A stretch of 57,958 nt of DNA from a virus (IMGVR_UViG_2778261152_000005:1-57958); one strand, 5' to 3'. Shown: positions 30,590 to 40,110, counted from the stretch's first letter. The notes: generated from the sequence alone by a model not told the origin. Translations and numbers: made by a program.

Positions 30590-31153
30590 TCAGAACCTCG
30601 ACTCATACGTTGGGTAACCGCCAAGCTCTTCCGGTGGGTCTTCCTGACCATCGATGGCTTTTGCCTGTTTGAGCAGGAATGCGGCCTCTTGCGCCAGGCT
30701 ATCGCGCAGGCTGGTTGAGCCTGTCACCGCGTATGCCAGCTTAGACTGCATCATCATTTCAGCTACATCTACCAGCGCAGGACCCCAGGTAGACTCATCT
30801 TCATTGCGGAAGATATAGCGCAAACGAATCACATCAACATTTGCCAGCAGCCGGCTCCCTTCAATTCGATAATCGATATTATCCTGCTGTTCACCAATGG
30901 ACAGGACGCGAATATGGTCACCTGGTAAAGAAAACTGATAACCATATCCAAAGACAGGCGCTGCGCTTACAGGGGACAGTACAACGCGTTTTATTGCGCA
31001 GTTCCACGGGTGAGCACGGAGTAATTTATTACGGACAGTGGGGTAAAGGTTGGCGCAAAGACGGGCATGATCCGTGTCTTCGTCGAAATCATTTATCGGG
31101 TGAGCACCCAGCGCCAGAAGTGCGTTTGAACAGATAGAGACACTCGAAGTCAT
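30590..31153 (-). CDS. Tail tubular protein A-like (T7 gp11 position)
   Basis: 187-aa ORF directly downstream of capsid gene and terminator. Confidence 0.5.
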   Translation of the reverse strand: MTSSVSICSNALLALGAHPINDFDEDTDHARLCANLYPTVRNKLLRAHPWNCAIKRVVLSPVSAAPVFGYGYQFSLPGDHIRVLSIGEQQDNIDYRIEGSRLLANVDVIRLRYIFRNEDESTWGPALVDVAEMMMQSKLAYAVTGSTSLRDSLAQEAAFLLKQAKAIDGQEDPPEELGGYPTYESRF

Positions 31154-31170
31154 GGCATAACCTCAGATGA

Positions 31171-31196
31171 AAAAAGGCCGGGGGTACCCCCCGGCA
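31171..31196 (-). terminator. Rho-independent terminator after the capsid gene
   Basis: Minus-strand GCCGGGGGG-TA-CCCCCGGC stem followed by CTTTTTT, 15 bp after capsid stop (analogous to T7 T-phi). Confidence 0.55.
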
Positions 31197-31210
31197 AACA
31201 CACCAGCGGC

Positions 31211-32122
31211 TTAAACAATAAAATCGATGGCGACGACTTTTTTCTCGTTGGCACGACCAGCACCATAAGACGCATCAACAGAGATCTGAATGGTGTTGTT
31301 TTTATCGCGACGCGGACCGATATCGACGTTGTACTCAGCGCCGGTACCGAAATGCACGGCAGACTTACACCACGCAGCTGCGGTTTTAGTGGTTACGGCT
31401 GGGTCGCCATCGGTCACAGAGTCCAGTTTTTCGTATGCCAGCCAGTTAAAGCCCAGCCACTTGGAGGACACCGCACCTTCCTGCAGCATTTTTACAGCCA
31501 TGAAGTCAGCAGAGGTCAGCGTTGTGTCGCTGAGGATCTGCGTCAACATGTCGGCGTTGTACGTCATGTACAGTTCTTCGCCGTTCTGTTCATCGCACTC
31601 ATTACGGCGGAACATTGCTTTAGCGGCAATCAGCTTGGCTTTGGTCATGCCAGTGCCGCCAGCAACGATTTTTTGCTCGGCAGGGAGCGCAACAGGGGCA
31701 AACGCACCGCCGCTGGACGTTTTACGCAGCACGGTATCGAGCAGTGCGCGATACACAACATCATCTTTTTTGCGGTTGGCGGCCGCCAGGGTGAGCTGCA
31801 GATATGGCCCCTGCGGGTCAGCCAGCAGCTTACGCAGGTCACGCTTTTCAACGGGAACGAATACGCCGTAGTCAGCCATCAACGCATTACGGGTGCCAGC
31901 CTCTGGCAGGTCCCATACGGTGTCACCGAAACGCGTGGTAATCTGCGTCATTTCGATGGTACCCATATCGTTGATGGTGAACGCTTCACCGGTGATCATC
32001 CCACGGTCGTGTACCGCAGCCTGCAGGCGGGAATCCTTCTGCTGCGCGGCGATTTCGAAAGAATCATGAAACTGCGTGATAAACGCAGCGGTGATCATGT
32101 TCTTATTGGCATCAAATGACAT
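31211..32122 (-). CDS. Major capsid protein (T7 gp10-like position)
   Basis: Start at Met 32122 with GGAG Shine-Dalgarno; 303 aa; flanked by scaffold upstream and a strong terminator downstream. Confidence 0.6.
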   Translation of the reverse strand: MSFDANKNMITAAFITQFHDSFEIAAQQKDSRLQAAVHDRGMITGEAFTINDMGTIEMTQITTRFGDTVWDLPEAGTRNALMADYGVFVPVEKRDLRKLLADPQGPYLQLTLAAANRKKDDVVYRALLDTVLRKTSSGGAFAPVALPAEQKIVAGGTGMTKAKLIAAKAMFRRNECDEQNGEELYMTYNADMLTQILSDTTLTSADFMAVKMLQEGAVSSKWLGFNWLAYEKLDSVTDGDPAVTTKTAAAWCKSAVHFGTGAEYNVDIGPRRDKNNTIQISVDASYGAGRANEKKVVAIDFIV

Positions 32123-32271
32123 AACAATCACTCCAGAAAATATCGCCTGCTGGGTTGTCGGTTGCCCGGCCCGATTAACACAATGCGCGTGGCGCTTACG
32201 CACTGCGGGAAAATTCAGTTATCCGGCGTCCCCGCCGGGCTGGTTGTGGGGAGATTGTTAGCGAGGTGTGC

Positions 32272-32287
32272 GGTCGGAATCCCGACC
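32272..32287. promoter_or_regulatory. Copy d of the GGTCGGAATCCCGACC motif, about 150 bp upstream of the capsid gene
   Basis: Perfect palindrome immediately downstream of the scaffold-gene terminator. Confidence 0.45.
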
Positions 32288-32292
32288 AAATG

Positions 32293-32320
32293 AAAAAGCC
32301 AGCTTGACCCGCTGGCTTTT
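32293..32320 (-). terminator. Hairpin terminator after the scaffold gene
   Basis: Minus-strand AAAGCCAGC-GGGTCAA-GCTGGCTTT stem followed by TTCATTT. Confidence 0.45.
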
Positions 32321-32340
32321 GGTGTTGTCGTCGTGACATG

Positions 32341-33183
32341 TCACGCTACGGTTTGGCCGCCGTAACGCTTCTGGTAGTACGCTTTGACCTGCGCGGATAC
32401 CCGTTCGTGATCAGCGTGTTTCGAGTCCATGTAGGCCGGGGATTTCATCAGGTCGCGGATGGTCTGCTGCTCTTCGAGATTCACATCACCGCCAGCAGGC
32501 GCATCTTCCTGCATTTCAGCGCCGACTTTAGCCAGCATACGGATAACCATCGGATTATTGCCGATCTCGTCAATGCGGCCTTTATCGGCGTCATCAGCCA
32601 GGGAATTAAACGCACGGAAAGCCAGACCGATGTTTTGCTTAAACTCTGCATCGGTCTTCCACACCTCACGCAGCTGTGTGGTGGCAGACTGTGAATCCAG
32701 CTCAGCGGCACCGCCTACCAGCTCAGGAGCACGCTGTGCGTATTCACCCAGGATGAAGCTCATCTGGTCGTTGGTGATGCCTTTAGCGTGCGCAGTTTTC
32801 ATAAAGCTCTGCATGCGCGGGTCCGCTTTGAACTCTTCCCAGTTGAATCCCTCGACCTCTACCTTAGGCGCATACTCATCTGACGTTTTCGGCGGCGCGT
32901 CGCCGCTACCCATGCGTTTTTCAAGGTGAGTGTAATTTTCCGCCAGTTTGCGGGCAGAGCTTTCAATACTGAGCTTTCCGTCTTCGCCCATAACGCGGAA
33001 TTTCTCAGGTATCCAGTCATTAGCCCCCGGCTCGCCTGCGCCTGCGCCGGTGCTGAGCAGAGAATTGCCAGAAGGTTCACCAGTACCCGGATTATTGCCG
33101 CCATCGTCACCACCTCCGTTACCGCCGCCCGGCTGTTCTGCGCCCGCTTCTGCGTTCATGAATAAGTGTTTAAGCTTCCACAT
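32341..33183 (-). CDS. Scaffolding protein (T7 gp9-like position)
   Basis: 280 aa, Gly/Asp-rich acidic N-terminus, between portal and capsid genes. Confidence 0.5.
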   Translation of the reverse strand: MWKLKHLFMNAEAGAEQPGGGNGGGDDGGNNPGTGEPSGNSLLSTGAGAGEPGANDWIPEKFRVMGEDGKLSIESSARKLAENYTHLEKRMGSGDAPPKTSDEYAPKVEVEGFNWEEFKADPRMQSFMKTAHAKGITNDQMSFILGEYAQRAPELVGGAAELDSQSATTQLREVWKTDAEFKQNIGLAFRAFNSLADDADKGRIDEIGNNPMVIRMLAKVGAEMQEDAPAGGDVNLEEQQTIRDLMKSPAYMDSKHADHERVSAQVKAYYQKRYGGQTVA

Positions 33184-33403
33184 CGTCTTCTACTCCATCG
33201 GCCTTGTTGATTTCGCGCAGGATGTAATCCAGTACGGATCGCTGCCCTGCCCTGTAACACGTTTCGCGGTCGCCCTCGGTACCGCCCGGGACATATGCCG
33301 CACGCCCAAAGCGGCGGGTTAATTCTTCCAGCACCTGAGAACCACCAGGCATTTCTTCGAAAATGCGCTTAAAGTCCTGAGGCGTAGCCTGTTTTATTCT
33401 CAT
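33170..33403 (-). CDS. Hypothetical small protein (77 aa)
   Basis: Overlaps portal stop and scaffold start. Confidence 0.35.
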   Translation of the reverse strand: MRIKQATPQDFKRIFEEMPGGSQVLEELTRRFGRAAYVPGGTEGDRETCYRAGQRSVLDYILREINKADGVEDDVEA

Positions 33404-35025
33404 TGGTTACCTGCCAGTCGTTGTCCTATTGCCGCGCCTGCGGTCTGTCCTGCTGCTCCTGCTGCCTCAGTGCCCGCCTGCATCATGAGTTGCTGCTGTG
33501 CGGCCTGCTGTTGTGCTTTCTGACGTTGGTCGCGGAGATCCGCCACCGCATCGGATGAGCGAATAACCTTCGCCGGAACGCCGAGCGCATCAGCCACAAC
33601 GCGCGTGGCCTCGTCGGTATCGATGAGATCAACAACGTCCTGGCTGATACCAGCGAGATTTGCCACATTTGCGCCGAGGCGCTCAATAGCAGTTACGTCT
33701 TCCAGCTTCTGGGCACGCGCCAGCGGGGAGATGTAACGCACGTTGAAATTGGCGTTTTGCAGGCTCTCAGGCGGCGGGGAGAAAACGCCAGCGCGGAAAG
33801 CGATGCCAAAGCAGCGCACCACAAGCAACTGGAGATATTCAGCCTGGAAGCGGCCATACACCGGGCCAAGCAACTGACGAATCAGTGCTACGCGCACGTG
33901 AACTTCGGTGGCGGTCATGGCTGGCCCATCCTGCGGTTGCAACTGGTCCGCCATCATGATTTTGCGGATTGATGCCTGCAGACGTTCTTCAGCGGTGAAA
34001 GCAACGTTGAAATCTGCGCCAGTCAGCAACGGTTTCATGCTGTCGGTGCTGTTCGCCACGATGATACGACGCGGGCCGACCTTGACCGTACGCGGGTTTA
34101 GTACGCCGTCGTCTTCGGCAATCCACATGCCGGAGATAGCCAGATCCTGCGCAGCTTTCTCCATGCGTTTGGTTTCGTTCAGCTCTTTGCAATCTGGCAG
34201 CGCGTCGTATACCGGTCCGATGCCGTAGGAGCCACCAGGGATTTTCATCCAGCGCGGAACGCAGCACGGGAATTCGTGATAGCCGGATTCGCGCACCACC
34301 TGCTTGTTAGTCACGTCGACGTTGAATGACGCAAAGCGCATGTTCTTCGCCAGACGGGCATCGACCATGTAGGTTTCGCGCGGGAAAATGCAGTGCAGGA
34401 AATCAAATTTATCGTCGGGCTTTTTCTTCGCCGCGTCGCGGATCTTCTCGCTGACCTTGTCCGCGCCGAATTCTTTGATGGCCTGTTCTGCGGTCAGCTG
34501 GTAGCGGCGGTATATCGTGTCCACAATGCCATCCTTGCGGGTGGACGTGACATAGCACTGCGCCAGCGGCCACTGCTGGAAGGTGTAGCCGCCCTCGTCA
34601 CGGTCCTCGTCGATGTACAGGACGAACCAGCCAGCGCATACCACGTCGAGGTTTGCCTCGTAGCCCTCTGCGTCAAAGTTGGCCGCATGGATGTTTTCCC
34701 AGACCAGCGTTGCGCACTCTGACAACCAGGCTTTGGCGTCGTCCGGCAGCGATTCGCTGTCGAGGTTCAGCCATTGCGCGTTCGCCGGGGTCATGCCGGA
34801 CATGAGCGCAGAGGCCAGCATGCGGGCGCTGTCGGTGGCGGTACCGTCCAGTAGCTTCGCCACCTTGTGTTTTGCGCTCTGAGCGTCGAGCACTTCATCA
34901 GAGAATCCCGCGCCGCGCAGCGGATAGGTGTAGTCATAGCACTCGCGCCAGACGCTTTCATGCTGCTGGCGGTTGGCCTTCAGCGTGTCGGAACGCCTAA
35001 TCAGCTTAACGGCGAGTTCATCCAT
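33400..35025 (-). CDS. Portal (head-to-tail connector) protein
   Basis: 541 aa, size and position match T7 gp8; Gln/Ala-rich C-terminus. Confidence 0.6.
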   Translation of the reverse strand: MDELAVKLIRRSDTLKANRQQHESVWRECYDYTYPLRGAGFSDEVLDAQSAKHKVAKLLDGTATDSARMLASALMSGMTPANAQWLNLDSESLPDDAKAWLSECATLVWENIHAANFDAEGYEANLDVVCAGWFVLYIDEDRDEGGYTFQQWPLAQCYVTSTRKDGIVDTIYRRYQLTAEQAIKEFGADKVSEKIRDAAKKKPDDKFDFLHCIFPRETYMVDARLAKNMRFASFNVDVTNKQVVRESGYHEFPCCVPRWMKIPGGSYGIGPVYDALPDCKELNETKRMEKAAQDLAISGMWIAEDDGVLNPRTVKVGPRRIIVANSTDSMKPLLTGADFNVAFTAEERLQASIRKIMMADQLQPQDGPAMTATEVHVRVALIRQLLGPVYGRFQAEYLQLLVVRCFGIAFRAGVFSPPPESLQNANFNVRYISPLARAQKLEDVTAIERLGANVANLAGISQDVVDLIDTDEATRVVADALGVPAKVIRSSDAVADLRDQRQKAQQQAAQQQLMMQAGTEAAGAAGQTAGAAIGQRLAGNQ

Positions 35026-35028
35026 CAG

Positions 35029-35259
35029 TTACGCCCCCAGAGTGTTTTTCTGCTGCGCTGCCTGCGCGCCAGAGGACAGCAGAGAGCTGCCAGAATCAGC
35101 TGCACCCTCTGCACCACTGGCGAGAAGGGACGAGCCTTTCTTGCGCTTCTTGCGCGCTGCTGCATCTGCGTTTGCCGCTTTTGCCGCTGCGTCGGCAGCT
35201 GCATCCGCTTCGGCCTGCGGGTCGGTCTGTACGACCTTAGGTGCTCCACCTCCACACAT
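35029..35259 (-). CDS. Hypothetical small Ala-rich protein (alternative frame 35025-35255 also open)
   Basis: Two overlapping small ORFs; frame choice uncertain. Confidence 0.25.
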   Translation of the reverse strand: MCGGGAPKVVQTDPQAEADAAADAAAKAANADAAARKKRKKGSSLLASGAEGAADSGSSLLSSGAQAAQQKNTLGA

Positions 35260-35271
35260 AGCGATCCCCTC

Positions 35272-35691
35272 TTAGCCCGGAACGTGCCAGCCGTGCTCAG
35301 TCAGAACGGGCTTACCCGTAACCGGCTGGCGTTTGCCCTCGTCGTTCGTCACGTAGCCCAGCGGCGCGGCAGGCTCCGCCGTGGTGGCTTTTTTGACGAG
35401 CTGGAGGAATTCGATATTGTCAGTGAGCTGCTGGTCAGCCAGGTCGGTGTACCCCAGCGTTTCAAAGCGGGCGATGATGGCCGCGCCCTGCTCGTTGATG
35501 GTACCCAGCAGAGTATTGCGCTCAGTGAGCGCGGCATCGTCCAGCAGGGTAGAAACGCGCTGCTGGATAACTTCCTGCTCAGCACGGGGCTTCTCCTGCG
35601 TTACGCCTTCACCGGTGGTGTCTGAAATCAGGTCTGCGCCCGTTGCGGACTCCTGCCCGGGGACTTCAACAGTTTTCTTCTGTCGTGCCAT
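35272..35691 (-). CDS. Hypothetical protein, first gene of the structural operon (139 aa)
   Basis: Start at Met 35691 with AGGAG 10 nt upstream; the longer track ORF would run through motif copy e. Confidence 0.4.
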   Translation of the reverse strand: MARQKKTVEVPGQESATGADLISDTTGEGVTQEKPRAEQEVIQQRVSTLLDDAALTERNTLLGTINEQGAAIIARFETLGYTDLADQQLTDNIEFLQLVKKATTAEPAAPLGYVTNDEGKRQPVTGKPVLTEHGWHVPG

Positions 35692-35739
35692 TGTGGTGGC
35701 TCCTGTGATGATTGAGCCGTAAGTGTGAAACGAGGTCGC

Positions 35740-35755
35740 GGTCGGAATCCCGACC
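35740..35755. promoter_or_regulatory. Copy e of the GGTCGGAATCCCGACC motif, about 50 bp upstream of the first structural gene
   Basis: Perfect palindrome. Confidence 0.45.
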
Positions 35756-35968
35756 AAATGGAAGATTTGTTAAAAAACGGCCTGATTTAACATAATGTAC
35801 GTTATCGGCACCGCGCGATCGGCACTCGTTACCGATTTAGCGTGAAGAGGTTATTTGTTGCGGTTTGCTGGCGGGAAGGGACGAAAAATGACTGCATAAA
35901 TCGTGCATAAAACAGGGCGGTTTTTGCATAGTGTTTTTAACCGATGAACGCCCTGTTTTTGCAAGTTT

Positions 35969-36244
35969 TCATGGTGCCAGACGCTTCGATCGCCAGGCGT
36001 AAACGAAACGCCGTGATGTTACCTGCGCGGGCAGTTCGGAGCGTGGGCGCTGCGTGACGTAACACCAGAAGTCTATCAGCGCTTCGCCTGTGTGGTGGTT
36101 CGGTGCTGCGCCCTGCTTCCAGCCGATGATAGCAGACTTCGACACGTCGAGCTCTCTGGCAATCTCCTGCAGGGGAATACCGCTGCGCGTGATGTCGTTA
36201 ATCACCCGGAACCAGTCTGTTTTGAACGTTGCGACAACAGGCAT
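35969..36244 (-). CDS. Putative HTH DNA-binding protein (91 aa)
   Basis: …GIPLQEIARELDVSKSAIIGWKQG… HTH-like; sits between the origin-like repeats and the structural operon. Confidence 0.4.
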   Translation of the reverse strand: MPVVATFKTDWFRVINDITRSGIPLQEIARELDVSKSAIIGWKQGAAPNHHTGEALIDFWCYVTQRPRSELPAQVTSRRFVYAWRSKRLAP

Positions 36245-36377
36245 AGGTCACCCCCCAAAACGCGCGCACGCGCGAGCATAGAGAGCGATTTTATTGAGCT
36301 TCTGGCGCTCGTTAATCACCGTGGTGGAATCTAATCGTGTTTGCATATCGCTACCCGCAATAAATTACTTGTTCGAC

Positions 36378-36558
36378 GTGTAACCACCTGTAACCACTGT
36401 AACCACCATCTTCTTAACCTTTCCCTGAACGACTTATATATATATATGGGGTTTTTAGAAAATAGGTGGTTACAGTGGTTACAGTGGTTACAACCCTTTA
36501 AATTCAATTAGTTAAAGCGTAACCACCTAAGCGTTGTAGGTGGTTACAGGTGGTTACA
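36378..36558. promoter_or_regulatory. Origin-like region: about 10 copies of GTAACCAC/GTGGTTAC in direct and inverted arrays flanking a (TA)n tract
   Basis: Three direct TGTAACCAC copies, an AT-rich TATATATATATAT stretch, three GTGGTTACA copies, a GTAACCACCTA…TAGGTGGTTAC palindrome and further copies; abuts the primase gene end. Confidence 0.55.
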
Positions 36559-38721
36559 CAGATACCCAAACGCGTTGCACTTTGCCGTTAACACGCCTCA
36601 AAACTCGCGAATAGCCGCAATTTTGCAAAACATTGCTAATTCGCATTTCTTCACGTTTTCCGATGTGGCTGGGATTTAAGCCAATCGCATCGCGCAGGAC
36701 GTCACTAGCGCGTAAAAATTCGCAATTTCGCGGAATGTCGTTAGTCATCAGGTCTGGAGTGTCGAGCCATTTCTCTACCGTTTCGAGCCACGCATCCTTA
36801 ATGGTGTACTGCTCGTGGACACTCGCACCGAGCCGCTCAGCGTCGCGGAACTGGATACCGCCGAGGCGCTTAAACGTCTCGCGAGCCTCAGCCCACAGCA
36901 GCAGCAAATCGCGCTTAATGGCCTGCACATCGACTTTCGACACCTCAACGGGCAACCATCGGCGGTTACCGGTCTTGTCCGCGAGGAACTCATCCTCGTT
37001 GGTGGTACCGACGAACACCAGGCGACGCGGGAACTGCGTGGCGAACTCCCGGTATTTGGGGATCCAGTTCTCATGCGTACGCGTCACGAATGCCTTGATG
37101 GATTCCAGCTCTTTGGTATTGAGGCCGCGCAGCTCGCCAATCTCAGCCACCAGGCGCCCGCGCATCTTGCGTGCGAGATCGTCGTCTTTCTCAGCGAAAG
37201 AAATCTCAGTGAAGAACGCCGGATCGGGGCTCAGCGCTTCCACGCCGGAGGATTTACCGCAGCCCTGCGGACCGACGAGGATCGGCACCATATCGGCTTT
37301 AACTCCGGGCTCCAGCACCCTGCCCGCCAGCGCAGTCCACATGTACATGGATACTGCGCGGGTGTATGGCGTGTCGGCGGTACCGAAGTGCGTATGGTAG
37401 AAAGTTTCGATACGCGGTACGCCGTCCCACTCCAGCCCGTTCAGCCAGGTTGTCGCCGAGTCAAACGGCTGTTCGTCAGCAGCCAGCAGCACCACGTCGC
37501 GAATGAGCTCGCGCCCCACAGGTTTAAAGCCGCGCTTTTCCATCGTGATGCGCAGGCGCGCATAGTCCGCATCGGTGAACGCCTGCCACTGGCCGGAGCC
37601 TGCCGGGGCGAACATGATTTCGTCGCGGAACTGGTCAAAGCGGATATCTATGTCCACAAAGTCAGGACGCACAACGGCTTTGGCCGCGTTGCTGATAGTA
37701 GCCTCGATGCGGCCCCACTTATCGCGTTCGAACGCCGGCAGCGGTAACGGCTCGGCCACTTCGGTGCTGGTCAGGTCTTCGAAATCGTCGTTACGAATAC
37801 CGATGGCGTTAAGGAAATCGCCGTCATCGCGGTGCGCACAGCTGGCGTGCAGGCACTTGAAATGGCCCTGCTCAAAGCCCGCGGTACCGCCCGGGAAGTA
37901 AACTGTGCTCGTCGGGTCGCCGCCGGTGCTGTGGCCGTCTTCGAACGGGCAGCGGATGTATCGCTCGCCGTTCGCACCATCAAGCAGCGTCCAGCCATTG
38001 GCATCGAGGTATTCCGCCGTATCGTCCGTGGCACCGGGCGTGAAGGTTGAACGGTCGCGCATCTTCGTGCTGCCCGCTTCGGTGGTGACTGACACAGGCA
38101 GCTGTTCCGCCAGGCGCTGCCACAGCGTTTCGAGCTGGTCAGCAGTTATGGCTGGAGGCTCGCCCGGCAGACCGCCGTCCCATTCAATACGCGCGCCGCT
38201 GCTATGCGTACCACAGGCAACGAACTGCTGCCCGTTCGCCAGCAGCTCGATAATCCCCATATCACCCGCCAGACGGTGGATGCGCTTACGGAAATCGCCG
38301 TCAACGGCCAGCAGGTACAGGCATTTGTTGCTGTTGGCGCGCCAGCGACGCGGCGGCAGCTCGCCCAGCGCTGCACCAGCGTTTTGCGAATATCGGCCTG
38401 GACGTCTTCGTCTTCGCTGTCGCAGTCCAGCGCAAGCCAGCCATGACCTGTACGCACGCAGATGCCGTAATCCGGTTCGTTTGACCAGCGGGCAAAGTCA
38501 TGCTCAGTGACTACATGCTCGGTCCAGTCTTTAATCCCGGTAGCCAGGCGGTCGCGGTTATACAGGCTCGGCGTTTTGCCGAGCATTTTGAGTTTGCTAT
38601 TCGGGGATATGGTAGCGCCCGGGTTGCACATGACCGGCAGCAGCTGGTCAGTACGCCCCAGCACCAGATCGAAGTGGAACCATTCGTCAGGCGTCGCCCC
38701 CCAGATCTTTTTCTCTGGCAT
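36554..38721 (-). pseudogene. Primase-helicase (Prim-Pol N-terminal domain plus P4/VirE-type P-loop domain) split by a frameshift near 38364-38366
   Basis: Upstream ORF (38146-38721) carries Prim-Pol-like …GICVRTGHGWLALDCDSEDED…; downstream ORF (36554-38260) carries …GPQGCGKSS… Walker A; frames join at a C3/G3 run where one extra G would restore …LVQRWGELPPRRW…. Confidence 0.55.
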
Positions 38722-38724
38722 GGG

Positions 38725-38955
38725 TTACGCCTTTTTATCGTTTTGTGAGCCGTGCAGCAGCCAGTTGGGGTCGCAATCAAGCGCAACGGAAATTTCAAGA
38801 AGATAACGCGGGCGGGAGATAACACCACTTTCGATCCTGTTGATGGCCTGCTGACTAACCCCTGTTAGCTCAGCCAGCGTGACCTGCGTCATTTTGAGTT
38901 CCTTACGTCGCTCTTTTAATCGGGTAGCCAGAGTCATAGTTATTACCTCATACAA
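38725..38955 (-). CDS. Cro-like XRE-family HTH regulator
   Basis: 76 aa, …LKMTQVTLAELTGVSQQAINRIESG…; divergent from the cI-like repressor. Confidence 0.6.
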   Translation of the reverse strand: MYEVITMTLATRLKERRKELKMTQVTLAELTGVSQQAINRIESGVISRPRYLLEISVALDCDPNWLLHGSQNDKKA

Positions 38956-38991
38956 TTTTAGTGGTATTTAGCAACAACTAATGGTGTTTGT

Positions 38992-39014
38992 CAAATACAA
39001 CAAAAATTGTATTT
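38992..39014. promoter_or_regulatory. Operator-like palindrome in the cI/cro intergenic region
   Basis: AAATACAA-CAAAAA-TTGTATTT inverted repeat. Confidence 0.35.
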
Positions 39015-39057
39015 AATAGAGGAAGGCTATAATTTCAACTCATACAAGGTATTAAAA

Positions 39058-39681
39058 ATGTCTCTCTCAGCACGCTTTAAAGCCCGCCGTCTCGAACTAG
39101 GAATGACACAAGTAGAGGTCGCAAACGCTGCGGGGGTTAGCCAACAATCTATCGAGTCAATCGAAAGCGGAAGAACTCGAAAGCCACGTAACCTTTTAGA
39201 CCTGGCTAAAGCGTTAAAATGTAGCCCGGACTGGCTTCTGAATGGTAAAAACATCATGCCACTCACTGAGATCAGCACCCGAAGAATCCCTGTATTGAGT
39301 TATGTACAGGCTGGCTGCTTAACTGAAGCAAGGGAAGTTACCGATCTGACTGGGGATTTCGAGTATGTACTGGCAGACTCCGACGTACCAGAGACATGCT
39401 TCGCGCTGCGCATTGATGGTGACAGTATGCAGCCAGAATTTAAGGAAGGGGATATTGTAATTATTGACCCTGACTTATGCCCCACACCTGGAGAATTTGT
39501 CGTTGCCAAGAATGGCGGCCACGAAGCGACTTTCAAAAAGTATCGTCCTTTAGGGATTGGCATAGACGACTTCGAACTGGTGCCACTTAATCCTGACTAT
39601 CCGGTTTTACGTAGCGCCGACATGAAGTTGCAAATCATCGGGGTGATGATTGAGCACCGCATTTACCGCCGTAAACGCTAA
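39058..39681 (+). CDS. CI-like repressor (HTH plus LexA/S24-type peptidase domain)
   Basis: N-terminal HTH (…LGMTQVEVANAAGVSQQSIESIESG…) and C-terminal S24-like region (…ALRIDGDSMQPEFKEGDIVIIDP…FVVAKNGGHEATFKKY…); start taken at ATG 39058. Confidence 0.75.
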   Translation: MSLSARFKARRLELGMTQVEVANAAGVSQQSIESIESGRTRKPRNLLDLAKALKCSPDWLLNGKNIMPLTEISTRRIPVLSYVQAGCLTEAREVTDLTGDFEYVLADSDVPETCFALRIDGDSMQPEFKEGDIVIIDPDLCPTPGEFVVAKNGGHEATFKKYRPLGIGIDDFELVPLNPDYPVLRSADMKLQIIGVMIEHRIYRRKR

Positions 39682-39697
39682 CAACCCTACCTTCTCA

Positions 39698-39716
39698 GGA
39701 GAGCCAATGGCTCTCC
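39698..39716 (+). terminator. Hairpin after the cI-like gene
   Basis: GGAGAGCC-AATG-GCTCTCC perfect stem; weak T-tract. Confidence 0.3.
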
Positions 39717-39798
39717 CCTATCTTACTTGTAAAATCTTACCAACTAAATTCATTTAAATATCAATAAGGTGGTATTCCTTTACTGAAAAATACCACAT

Positions 39799-40110
39799 TT
39801 GTGGTTTACACAATACAACTCAAATTGTAGATTTAACCACAAGTCGAACGGCGCGACTCTAAACCATGCGTCGGAACCGTGGCGGGACAGGATGTCGGCA
39901 ATACGGGTTAGTGAATTAATCAAAGGCTTCGGGCCTTTTACTAATCCACTGAATGAGGCCACTCCTATGAGCAAACAAGAGTTAATCGGCTTTCTGATGA
40001 ACCGCTACAACGTTTCCTGGCGTGTGGCAGAAGATGCTTTAAGAGATAACGACTGGGGTCTGATGATGGCCGCCGGCGATATTCGCGACGAGCTGGCCGC
40101 CGAAGTTTAA
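39799..40110 (+). CDS. Hypothetical protein (start uncertain; internal Mets at 39892 and 39967)
   Basis: ORF-track frame; no recognisable motif. Confidence 0.3.
   Translation: MWFTQYNSNCRFNHKSNGATLNHASEPWRDRMSAIRVSELIKGFGPFTNPLNEATPMSKQELIGFLMNRYNVSWRVAEDALRDNDWGLMMAAGDIRDELAAEV

Noticed and set aside
31352-32119. 255-aa plus-strand ORF
   Set aside because: Antisense to the major capsid gene, which has the Shine-Dalgarno site, terminator and expected position.
34867-35625. 252-aa plus-strand ORF
   Set aside because: Antisense to the portal gene and the first structural gene; Arg/Leu/Cys-rich translation typical of a shadow frame.
16956-35755. Hairpin motif considered as T7-type phage RNA polymerase promoters
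   Set aside because: No phage RNA polymerase gene is present in the element and the motif does not resemble the T7 promoter consensus; kept as an unexplained regulatory motif.
36633-37747. Plus-strand ORFs of 255 and 310 aa
   Set aside because: Antisense within the primase-helicase gene; no independent support.
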